Shown piece by piece: positions 52,271-64,000 of a stretch of DNA of 64,000 nucleotides (position 1 is its first letter; the number at the start of each line of letters is the position of its first letter). The notes below the pieces were generated by a model. It had not been told where the DNA came from and did no database searches. It was given only the letters and a program-made list of their open reading frames with translations. The position numbers and the translations under genes are program-made. Origin of the DNA: Octopus vulgaris (taxonomy: Eukaryota); contig OX597821.1 of assembly GCA_951406725.2 (NCBI GenBank), positions 39,308,001 through 39,372,000 on the forward strand, read 5' to 3'.

Positions 52271-54067
52271 TTGTCTGATAGTTGTAAACGAATGTTACTG
52301 CTGTAAAAGCAGATTCATTCACCTTCATTACCTTGCAACAACATGTCTGGCCATGGGGAAATGAAGGTTGGTGGCAAGGAGGGCAACCATCTGTAGAAAA
52401 TCTGCCTCAGTAAAACTCTAATCTATGCAATCATGGAAACGTTTACATTAAGATGATGATGACAGTGGTGGTGGTGGTTGCGATGGCAGTGGTGGAGAGG
52501 AAGGGGAGGAGGGGGGAAGATAAATTACAACTTGAGGAGCAAAGATTTGATAAACCCAATTTTGGAATTTTGCAATATCTCTCCAAAACGTTTCAGAGTA
52601 TTTTTATTCAGTTCACTCATGGATTAAGAGCTTGATTAACTGATAATTAGCTTCATGCTGCAATCACTGAATGCATTACAGCTGTGTTTCCCAACCCCAT
52701 TTCCCCCCAGGATCCACTGCAACTTTCCAGAAAATTGTATGCACTAACTGTTGTTGGAGAAAAGGAAAAAATACTTCATTTTTAATATTTTATCACAATC
52801 ATTTAATACAACAGAATCTAACAGTAATTCATTTATTAAGTACTGAGTACAAAAAAACAAGTACATTAATGACTCAGCAAAAAAAGTGAATCTCTTTAAT
52901 GAGGAACTAGTGCCTGGGTGATTTTGGCAAATTTCCTTGATTTGAAGAGACAATTTCCAGCCCTAAATCACCGTGTTTCAAATCTGCTTCTTTTGGCTCG
53001 AAGCACTAAAGTGACACTAAACCAAGTGAAACAGGGAGAAACAAATCAAAAGTTCCTTTGCTGAAATGGCAGTGTTTGGCTGTTTCCTTTCATCTTCATC
53101 ACATAACCACATTTTGGAACCTTTCATTTTGAACAAAGTATTCACTGATTCTTTTGTATTAAAGAATGGGTCCCAGGCCCCACCAACATATTGAGAATTG
53201 ATCTTTAGATGCTTTGAGTCTGCAAAACATTTTAGACACTTACGTTTATGTATTTGTTTTGCAAGATTCTTGATGTGAAGTCGTGTGTTGAAACATATTT
53301 TTGTATTTAAGAACGGTCATTTTGCCAGTTTAGCCAATAAAATTTTAGACACTATTCTTGATATAAAGATTCTTTTTTTGGCATTTTCGTCTATAAGAAA
53401 TCAGTTTCATGCATTAAATGCTTATTTAAAAAAATAGGAACCTTCTTCAATTATTGTAACTTAGTGTAACACAAAGTCTTTGGCACTTTTCTTATAGTTT
53501 ATGAAACTTTTTCCAAAATCTTTTGATCATACTGACTGATTATCTCTGTCGTATAATTTGATTCGTTCAACTGTTGCTGCATAGCTTTTGTCAGTATGTT
53601 TCTATCTTAAAATTGATTTCATTTCCTAATTTTTTCATTTCCAGACAAATCAACTTTCTCATCCTTTTCTGTTTTGATATTAGAAACCTTGCTTTCCAAT
53701 CTTGAAAATATGTAACAAAATATTTAAAAGAATAAAACTTAAATCTGACATAAGTGTTAGTTTAGCATAGAATCTTCCGCACGATTGAAGTATGGAAAGG
53801 AAAAACAATAAGAAAACTGAAATGGATCCAACTAAATAAAGTCTCTGGATATGTAAAGGGAACCAGGAAAAAAAATTGAACTCAAACCAGAAACATGTTA
53901 AAGTGAAACCATTCAAACCAAGTAATGTGTAAACTAAGAGACAACTTTATATGTGTATGTATATATGTATATGTATATATGTGTATGCATATATATATAT
54001 ATTTATACATATATACATATGTAGATGTACTTATATATATACATGCATATATACATATATATGTATA

Positions 54068-54119
<52 letters not shown>

Positions 54120-57100
54120 TACATACACACGATGCACACACATACACACACACATATACACATACCCATAGGGAATATATTTTGTTAATTTTTTTCCCTC
54201 TCCCTGCAATATTGATATTACATTATCAGAAAGCAATTTCAACATCTCCATGCAGCTACTTCTTCTCTCATTTTTCTTATCCATCATCCCTCCATATTGT
54301 TGTAAATCTTTACTTACAACAACCAACTTCTTACTTTTCTTCAATAACATTTCTTTTATAATCTCACTCTTCTCAATCCCACTTTTACTCTTGCTTTATC
54401 GTTTCAATCTCATTTGCTTTTGCTTATAGTGTTTTCTCTCTGAAAGAACTTACTGAAGATAATAGTCTTGATAATGCCAACTGTTTAAAATACATTATCT
54501 ATCAAGGTTTTATAAAAAGAAAACTTTCTTCACTCAAATTCCTTTTGATAGTTTTTATTATCTCTTTAACGAAATTCCTATCCTTTTTCTCCAATTGATA
54601 TCTACTATATTTACACCTGATGTAGTAATTGAATCACACCAGACACTAAAGTCCCTTTAACGCTTGCTTTATGCTTTTACCAAATCAACTGTGGAATCCC
54701 CTTTATTCTGTATTTTATATTCATTTCAAAACAATTGAGTTGAATGGCTCTTTATGCGCTGACTCAATCTGCCAGAATTCTTTGCTAAATCTCTCTTGGA
54801 ATACAATCCACCATCTTAATACAAATAAGATAGACTACATAATGATGTATTTTGTTCTCATTCTCTTGGTTAAATTATGACAGGAAAACAAACAGAGGTG
54901 GCAAAAGTAAAAGCAACAGACAGGGTGGTTGGCTGAGGAATATTGACAGAGGAAGCACTTTGCAGTGACACAGACAGGTCAGCAGCATCATCATCGGCAA
55001 CAGCAGAACTATGTCTGATTGAAAGTCAGAGGTGATGATTCTGTACAAAACAAAGAAAATATTCAGCAGATAACAGCAACTCCAACAAAAGACGAGGCAT
55101 AAAAACATTCATATCAATAAAACTAATTCAAAATTACAAATCAAGAATAACAAAGAAAATCTCCTTCATTAAGTTTCTGCAGAAAATGCTAGGTGCCACC
55201 CAAACATCAGTTTTACCATTCTTGTTAAACGTTTCAACAGCAAATGTACAAAGTGCACCAGTCAAAGCCATGCTGGTAACTGAAGGAAAAAGAAAAAAAA
55301 CGGTTAAACCTTAGCTGAATGCTGACATTATTAGCATCTGCTTAACTTCACTAATATCACACGTGGGTTTAAAATATGGGAAATGTTTCTGTCACATCCT
55401 GAATAATGAAGTATCTGGTTGAGGGTGATTAAGGGTTAAAGAATCCAGTGCAGGCATTCAACAGAATTATTATAGACTCTTTTAGAAACCATATCCCATA
55501 AGGCAACATTTTAAACATAATGCCACTGACCCTCCCAAAACTAGACACCAATATCTAAGCATTGCCCAACCTTAATTAGGTTACCTAAGAAGAAAACCAA
55601 ACACTTGCAAAGTAAGCGACCCCAGGAAAATATGAATCTACAAACACTTCCATTTGCTGAGCCAGGGGACACCCTCTAATTCGATTCACCAAAAACCTTG
55701 CAATATTTTACAAGTTAATATCAATCCAGCTGAAGCAGCATCACAGGGACCAATCACTCTCCTTATGCATACCTTAAACCCTTGAAACACACATCCTTTA
55801 CAATATTGGCTCCAAAGTTTGGCATAAAGCCAGAAATTTCAGGGGAAGGGGTCAGTCAGTGTTCAACTGGTACTTATATTTTATTGACCCTGAAGAGATG
55901 AAAGGCAACATCAACCTTGGTGGAAATTGATCTCTGATCATAATGGTAGATGAAATGCTGCTAAGCGTTTTGCCCAGCATGCAAATGATTCTACCATTCC
56001 ATCACCTTCATGTCCGTAACAACATTGACTCATATATTTCTCTCTCTAATAACTCACAGTGAATCATGGAGATTGAAATACTAAGAATCACATGACCCAA
56101 TGAGGCAGTGCTACCATAGTTGCTTATCCTAATAAAAACAGCAGCTGAATCTCTCTCAGATTACTTTCTAATGTCTTAAAAAACAACAACACACAAACAA
56201 AATAAGGTCACATTGATAATGTAGTCCTCAATACACAATGCCTAAATTAAAAGCAGACCGCTCCTGGGGCACCTGTGATCATGGGTCTGACTGGTCAAGA
56301 ATGAATTACAGCTAACTATTACAATACACATGCAAGATAGCAAAGAGATGTAGAAATATTGTTAGGGCTTTGAAAAGGGTCCAAATTGTCAAACAAGCAG
56401 AAATAGCATCTATTGTTATATTTTGGGACAGTTATTTGTTTGTATTTGTTCTTTACTTGTCTATTTCTGCTCTTATTTTATGTCCATTGTCTGGAACCCT
56501 TTCATGACACTCCTGTGACCTCTTCAGCAACACACCATCCCACGTATGTTCTGTTTGTTCCATTCTGTCTTTCTATGATGCGGATTCTTATCTGTGCATG
56601 CGGTTGTGTCTGCATATGTATGTGTGTGTGTGTGTCTATGTGTTTTTGTATGTTTGTTTTGTGTGTGTATATGGCTTTACTTACTATACTATTTGTATCG
56701 ATGTCCTTTATATATTTATTTAATTTTTAAATATTTATTTACTTACCTCTCTATTTCATCTTAAGTATGTGTATGAGTGTCTTTTGTGTGTGTGTGTGTG
56801 TGTATTGGTTTATGTATTATAGTGTTTGTATGTGTGTTTTTTCCTCCTATTCTGTCTTTAACCATCATGTTGTGTAGTGTAGTGGTGGTGGGTGTTATTG
56901 TTCTGTTTGTACTTTCTGTTGAGGCTCTATCTGTTTATGATAATAGACATCTTGGATATGAGTCTTATCTGGGTCTCTGATTTCTCCACAACAAACTATG
57001 ATGATGATGATGATGGTAGTGTCTGGTAGACTAAGAAAGATGGTTTGTTTATTGTGATCAAAAGTTTGTGCTGTATATTAGCTCACTCACTCTATGAAAT

Positions 57101-57863
57101 CGATGTTGCCTGAACAAAGGCACAGTGTGCCACATGTCATGATGTCAAAGTGACTGTGATACAACAGGAGGTGAAGTTTTTTTCTTTTAAGAACTCAATG
57201 AATCACCCAGTCCAGGAACTGAAACCATGATCTTGCAATTCTGAACGCAAAACTTGAACCACTGGGCCATGTGCCCTCACCACAACAAACTATATCAAAT
57301 AGCAAAGCACCAAAAACTGGTGCATATCACATCGTCACATTTAAATACCAATATACCATCTACACAATCAGGGGAACCCAGGAACTTCTATCCTGTCATG
57401 GGACCTGCTAGAAATAGCAGCTGCATGTCCTTTAAATAAGGCCCTACCATCATGAAATAGGAAGAACAAATTGGATAGTGTTATATTAGATAATGACAAG
57501 ATGGTCATGGATGGAACATCTCTGGTCAAAGTCATGTTCAATCAGAGCTGACTTGAGACCAAATGACAACAGCTACAAAAAACATGCTAAATATGAGAGA
57601 CTACCTACGTATACAGGGGCACAGTTCTGCAGTAGGGTCCTACCAACATAATTGTCCTCATTGTTGGTACCATTAGCCTTCAGTACCCAAACACCTGTAC
57701 AAATACCACAAATGCTACAACTGGATGGGGCTCCTATGCAACTACTTAACTTGCTAAATATAGCAGTCAGATCAGATAAGCTTCAAATCACAACTTGGTG
57801 TCTTAAACAAATTGTCATATTTGACATTGAAACCATATAAATAAAATAAAAGAAAGTAAAATG

Positions 57864-58240
57864 AACAAGAAAACTCAGAGAGTGCAAACCTCTACCAAGA
57901 CAACACCAACATCCTTTTGATGATTAGCTAGAGAGGATTTTTTAAAACGAGAATATCTGAAATACACTCGACTGCTCTCACAAATGAGAATACTAAAGAT
58001 GAACATGACCATTTTCAAAAATTAATTTAAAAAAAAAACAGGAAAAATAATCCAGAATCCTTGACCGGTACTGGATCAGTCAGTCCCAAAATCTAATCAG
58101 TTTCGTGCCAATCACAAGGCCAAACATTCCAAAAAGTTTCATCAGAATCCATCCAACGGTTCTTGAGATATCTTGACTATGGACAAACAAACAAACGCTA
58201 CCGAAAACAATACCTCCGAGGTCGCTAAGGCAGAGGTAAT
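57864..58240 (+). mobile_element. Helentron/HINE-like non-autonomous element
   Basis: 5' acctctaccaag versus 3' taaggcagaggt subterminal repeats, 3' hairpin, internal (CAAA)n, aaagtttcatcagaatccatcc core. Confidence 0.55.
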
Positions 58241-59364
58241 AATATAAAAATAGGATACTCGTGGTTTGAATGTCTTTAATCATAGGTCTGATAGATGAAG
58301 GCTGACCCAGGGAGGCTCAACTACAACATTCTTAAGGTCTTTACCTGATTTGAATAATTGTATCAACTTACCTAATAAACTGGTTTACATCTTTCTTATA
58401 TTTACTTTGTATCAATTACTAGCCACTCACTTCACTTATTTCATATTTATATTTATATAGATTTATATCAAGTATTAATCTTTCTCATTACTGCTCTCAT
58501 ATTGACACTATATTAACTATTAAACTCTCTCTCTCTCATAACCAATATCATATTTACTCTATATCAAACTATTAAACTTCCTTGCTATCAATTTCATATT
58601 TACGGTGTATCAACAATTAAACTTTCTCCCATTACTGCTCTGATATTTACCCTATATAGACAACTAACAAGACTCTTTCATCATCTCTTTTATCAATTAC
58701 ATGAAACTTTATATTCAAGAAGGCTTTTTCTGAATGGTCTTTACATTTCTAATTAACTTTCGTTGGGAATTTTAGTAAGTGATCAATCTCGCTGAAAGTT
58801 GTTGCAGTACATTGAAAAATAATCTACTTCATTCATTCATTCCATTTTTGTGTCTGCGTCTTTCGTTTTCTTCCTTCAGCTTCTTCTTTTTTTTCTTCGT
58901 TTATTGGTAAATTATGTCACTCAGCAGTCATTGTTTTGTTTGTATAACAAAACAGAATGAGGATAATATTTGTTGAAACAAGTCAACAAAAGAATGCAAA
59001 ATATCGAATTCTCTCCCGATTTCTATGGCTATTTCTCTTTTGTTTTCTTGTCCTGTAGCATTGTCATTTCATTCATTTATTTACTTGGTAATGGAGAAAA
59101 TATTGTTGCAAATGATGTCTTCAAATTACACACAAAAAAACAAAAACTGTCTTACTGTCTTTAACAAATATATTTTGCCAAATATGGCCATGTGGCTGGT
59201 AGTTTACTTTGCTATCACTAGCTTCGGAGGATCAAGTCTGCTCTACCATATCTTCAGGGGTGACCAAAATTTTGTCAGAATCAATGAAAAACCCCATCAT
59301 ATGTGTATAATTACTTTCAATCAGATTTGATTTTCATATGATGAGGACGATGATGATAATGATG

Positions 59365-60801
59365 CTTTTGCAGCACATGTTTTTCCTGTCTTTTGCATGT
59401 ATTCAGGTGTTAAGCGTTCAGGTGTTAAGCACCATTTCTGTAAATGTGGTGCTGTTCTCTCACTATGTTGCATGTACCATGGATTGCATTCAGATGCCCT
59501 CAGCTCTTGCAAGGTTTCACAATTTACTAGTGTGTGCAGCAATATCAAAGGAAGGCTAATTGGGAAGATAGTTTTTGTATGTGGCAGATACTCAGGAGCA
59601 ATAAACACTGAAAATGTGCAGAGAACAACTTCTACATTCCAGGGAGAAAAACTACAAGTAATTGACAGCTTCGTTACCTTGGTGACCAAGTCAGTAGATG
59701 GGGTGGATGCTCTGAAAGTGTAGCTGCTAGAATAAGAATAGCCTGGGCATATTTCAGAGAGCTCCTACCTCTACTGGTGACAAAGGGCCTCTCGGTAGAC
59801 TGTATGATGCATGTGTACGAACAGCCATGCTACATAACAGTGAAACATGGGCTGTGACTGCTAAAGACATGCGTAAGCTTGCAAGGAATGAAGCCAGTAT
59901 GCTCCACTGGATGTATAATGTCAATGTGCATACATGACAGAGTGTAAGTGCCTTGAAAGAAAAGTTGGACCTAAGAAGCATCAGATGTGGTGTGCAAGAG
60001 AGACATCTGTGCTGGTATGGTCATGTGGGGAGAATGGATGAGGATAGTTGTGTCAAAACGTGCCATGCCCTAGCAGTTGAGGGAACCTTTGGAAGAGTTA
60101 GACCCAGGAAGACCTGGGATGAGGTGGTGAAGAATGACCGTTGAACATTAGGCTTCACTGAGGCAATGACTAGTGATCGAAACCTTTGGAAATATGCTGT
60201 GCTTGAGAAGACCTGGCAAGCCAAGTGAGACCATAACCCGTGGCCTATACCAGGGGTGTAACCAGCCCACTTATGCATACCTCTCTTTCATTGGACACTA
60301 AACTCTGCTTCTGAAGACCTGTTGAGGCAAGTGAAATCGAAATCAAATTCACAGATGTGGCCGATGACAGCACTACCATGCTAGTAAAACGTTAAGAACA
60401 CCAAGTGTGATCATTACTAGGGCTACTGACTGGCTCCGGTGCCAGTGGCACGTAAAAAGCACCATTCGAGTGTGATCGTTACCAGCATCACCTTACTGTC
60501 ACTGTGCAGGTGCCATGTAAAAATAATCATTTGAGCATGGCTATTGCCCGTACCACCTGACTATTGCCCGTACCACCTGACTATTGCCCATACCACCTGA
60601 CTGGCCCTCATGCTGGTGGCACGTAAAAGCACTACACTCTCAGAGTGGTTGGCATTAGGAAGAGAATCCAACTGTAGAAACTCTGCCAAATCAGATTGGA
60701 GCCCGGTGCAGCCATCTGGCTCACCAGTCCTCAGTCAAACCATCCAACCCATGCCAGCATGGAAAGCAGACGTTAAACGATGATGATGATGATGATGATG
60801 A
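59365..60801 (+). mobile_element. 5'-truncated RTE-clade LINE (end of RT/C-terminal region, 3' UTR with internal subrepeats, (GAT)n tail)
   Basis: Peptides ARIRIAWAYFRELLPLL, LYDACVRTAMLHNSETWAVT and WYGHVGRMDEDS...GRVRPRKTWDEVVKND; ends ...gacgttaaacgatgatgat. Confidence 0.9.
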
Positions 60802-61252
60802 TACATGCATGCATGCATTCATTCATTCATGCATGCATACATACATACATACATACATACATACATACATACATACATACATGATGGGCTTCTTTCAGTT
60901 CCTTTCTACCAAATCCACTCCCAAGCATTTGGTTGGCTCAAGGCTATAGTAGAAGACAGTTGCCCAAGGTGCCATGCAGTGGAACTGAACTCTGAACCAT
61001 ATGGAGAAAAGAAGCTTATTTCCATGCAGGAAAGATTATAGGAGAGTTGCTTTTATGTGTTGAAAATGACTTCAGTCTTAAAACGAATTGTAGTCTTATA
61101 TTTGTTTAACAAATTTATGAAAATACCTTACTGGTTTCAACAATTTCTTTGTTTTCCAATGGCAAATATTACATGTGTATATATAAATTAATAAGTAATA
61201 AGTAAATCAAGAAAAAAAAAAAAATATATATAAAAATGTGTGTGTGTATATA

Positions 61253-61286
<34 letters not shown>

Positions 61287-61310
61287 CTCACATATAGATA
61301 CATATATATA

Positions 61311-61458
61311 CATGATAGATCGCTAGCCACTAAGCCTTTTTCTATTTTCTCTTCCTGTTTATTTCTGTGTTCCTTTCTGTCAAAGAGCATAGGCTCAAAA
61401 CGTAAAAGACTTTCTCACTCCTTAATACATCTTTTGTTTTTTCATAAATTCTCACTAT
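61311..61458 (+). mobile_element. Copy of the ~180-bp TA-associated element (internal deletion)
   Basis: catgatagatcgctagccact...cctttctgtcaaagagcataggctcaaaacgtaaaagactttc; microsatellites on both sides. Confidence 0.7.
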
Positions 61459-61480
61459 ATATATATGTGTGTGTGTATAT

Positions 61481-61517
<37 letters not shown>

Positions 61518-62040
61518 AGTATGCAATGACAGAATTGGTGCAGAGCAGGAAACAAAAGTATTTTGCAGTGTTTGACTATTGATAAATGTTATCTGACCAG
61601 CTTCAAGATCAATAAAATAATAACAAATCACTGGAGTCAATATAAGCAGCAAAAACCTTTGAAAGCAATGTCCCTGTATGGTTGTAGTCTATTTTAGGCA
61701 TAACTGCTATTAAATGATGCCAAGAAGAGGAATAAATAGTTACCAGAGTATGATATCTTCAAATCTAAAGGACACAGTCTTAAGGCAGTAACAAGGATGT
61801 CATACATTACTACAACTTTATGGGTAACTTTTGGGGATTTTTTTTTTACAAAAATCATCAGTTTATTGATCCCCAATATATGCCTGGTATTAATTCAGTT
61901 GATCCTGGGTCCAGTTTATCCTCTGCAGAAGCCAAACTATGAATGTTGAAAGTTGAAATTAAATATTCTAGGCTTATAACCTGACACTTCCATTTCCTTT
62001 GCTCTTTCACAACAACAACGGCAAGAACGGCAGCAACAGT

Positions 62041-62408
62041 GGAAGCGCAATGGCCCAGTGGTTAGAGCAGCGGACTCATGGTCGGAGGATCACGGTTTCG
62101 ATTCCCAGACCGGGCATTGTGTGTGTTTATTGAGCGAAAACACCTAAAGCTCCATGAGGCTCCGGCAGGGTGTGGTGGCGACCCCTGTTGTACTCTTTCG
62201 CCCCAACTTTCTCTCACTCTTTCTTCCTGTTTCTTGTCCCCGACTTCCTATGCAACCGCTGAGCCTGGATGTGCATTCATCCATCCGTTGATGCTCTCGG
62301 TGTCAGGGGTTGACCTACTTTTTCTTCTGCGGGTCTTACGAATAGCAAAGGACCATGTTTCAGACTTCTAGGATGAAGACCTCTTCGCTCAACAAACAAA
62401 CAAACAAA
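62041..62408 (+). mobile_element. SINE family C with an alternative tail ending in (CAAA)n
   Basis: Head and body match; unique 3' part at 62236-62390. Confidence 0.82.
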
Positions 62409-64000
62409 CAGCAACAACAACAACAACAGATAATAATAATGATTTTATTTATTTGCCAGTTTATGATTTTAACACAAGGTCAGCAGATTTGATGGGTGGA
62501 GATTAGTTGATCCCGTATAGCCTGGTTCTTGAATGGTACTTTATTTTACCAACACCAAAGAGATGAAAGGCAAATATGACCTCAGCAGTATTTGAACCCA
62601 GTACATAAAGATAACCAACCAAACAATGCATAATTTTAAATTTAATTAAAGCAACGAGCTGGCCAAATTGTTAGTACACCAGGCAAAATGCTTAGTGGTA
62701 TTTAGTCAGGCTTTATGTTCTAAGTTCAAATTCTGCTGAAGTTGTGCTTCCCTTTCGTCAGAGTTGATAAAAATAAGTACCAGTTGCATAAGGGGGGAGT
62801 CAATGTAATCAACTTAACCCTTCCTCCAGAACCTTTGGCTTTGTGTCAAAATCTGAAACTAATGTTTCATCCAATTCTCTTTCGTTCTGTTTTATTAATA
62901 AGCCTTTCTACTAAAAGGCACAATGCCTGATATTTGGGGGCTGAGGGTAAGTTCACTAACCCCTGTGCTCAACTGGTACTTATTTTTTCAATGCCAAGAA
63001 GGACGAAGGGCAAAGTTAACCTTCTTTGAATTTGAATTCAGAATATGTAAAGAAAGATTAAATGCTCACATTTTGCCTGGCATGGAAACGATTCTGCCAG
63101 CACACCCACTTTGTTATCAGAAATATGGAAGGAGAGAGGAAGCATAATTGACATTTCATTGATTTTGGATGAATGAAAGATATTTAGCTTTAGCTGGATT
63201 GGAAATCTTTTATCTTCACCTTTTACTTAGACTCTGGCCAGAGGCGCCACCTTGAGGAGTTTTAGTTGACTGAAACAAACAAGTATTTTTTTAAAATCCT
63301 GGTTCTTATTTTATTGGTCTCTATTGCCGAACAGTAAAGTTATGGAGACATAAACATACAAAAATGGCTGTTGAACAATAGTGGGAGATTAAACACACAC
63401 ACACACGGTATGCTTCTTTCAGTTTCCATCTACCATATCCACTCACAAGCCTTTGGTTGACCTGAGGCTATAGCACAAAACACTCACACAAGGTGCCGAG
63501 CAGGGGGATTGAACCTGGAACCATGTGGTTAGGAAGCAAACTTTCTACCAAACAGTCACTGATTAGGAAATTTTTATATAAATACTCTGTAACACATTTT
63601 ATGGAAAGCAGAAGTAATTTCTTATCTTTTTGGATAAATCCAAATGAAGACATTCTCCTTCACAGTCTTAAGAGTCATCCCTGAGAATTCTATTGTTCCC
63701 AGTATATAGCTGGTATGTTTTTTTAATTGGTCCTAGAAGAATCGAAAATAAAGTTGACATTCAAGTGTCATAGGGAAGATGGCACGAGACTGTAAAACAC
63801 GAGAGGATATTTGAACTTATTGTAAGCAGATCTATTCTATGCCATTGATGATAATAAACGGATTTTATTCTGTTAATGTTTTATGACCTTGAGGCTAAAT
63901 TTACTCTTCTCTTCTGATCATCTCCACGGAAGAACATAAAGCTAGCTTTAAAAAATGCATATTGTATTAGTTGTGTTAGTATCGTCGTCATAATATAACT

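Noticed and set aside
53683-53921. AG/GT-bounded purine-rich exon-like segment
   Set aside because: Stops in the frames examined and no recognisable homology.
60541-60602. 20-bp x3 tandem repeat
   Set aside because: Local slippage within the RTE 3' UTR subrepeats.

Overview
AT-rich, microsatellite-dense eukaryotic DNA with no intact protein-coding gene that I can recognise. The SINE families, RTE LINEs and (TA)n/(CA)n/(AAT)n density point to an octopus (coleoid cephalopod) genome; this is an inference. Most ORFs in the supplied track are microsatellite or repeat artefacts. Real content: (1) a disrupted RNA polymerase II largest-subunit (RPB1/POLR2A) linker + CTD pseudogene fragment at 28.1-29.3 kb; (2) many retroelements (four SINE/LINE-tail families; RTE, CR1, RLE-type and Penelope-like fragments) and several MITEs; (3) the main finding, a very young 1.15-kb non-coding insertion (16201-17352). 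It is built from a circularly permuted 582-nt unit carrying an intact type I hammerhead ribozyme, with two copies in opposite orientation inside a (TA)n tract. At least four other unrelated short elements in (TA)n tracts carry degenerate hammerhead motifs with palindromic stem III. Together these suggest a microsatellite-targeting retrozyme / Penelope-dependent ribozyme-element system. All calls were made by eye; no database searches were run.
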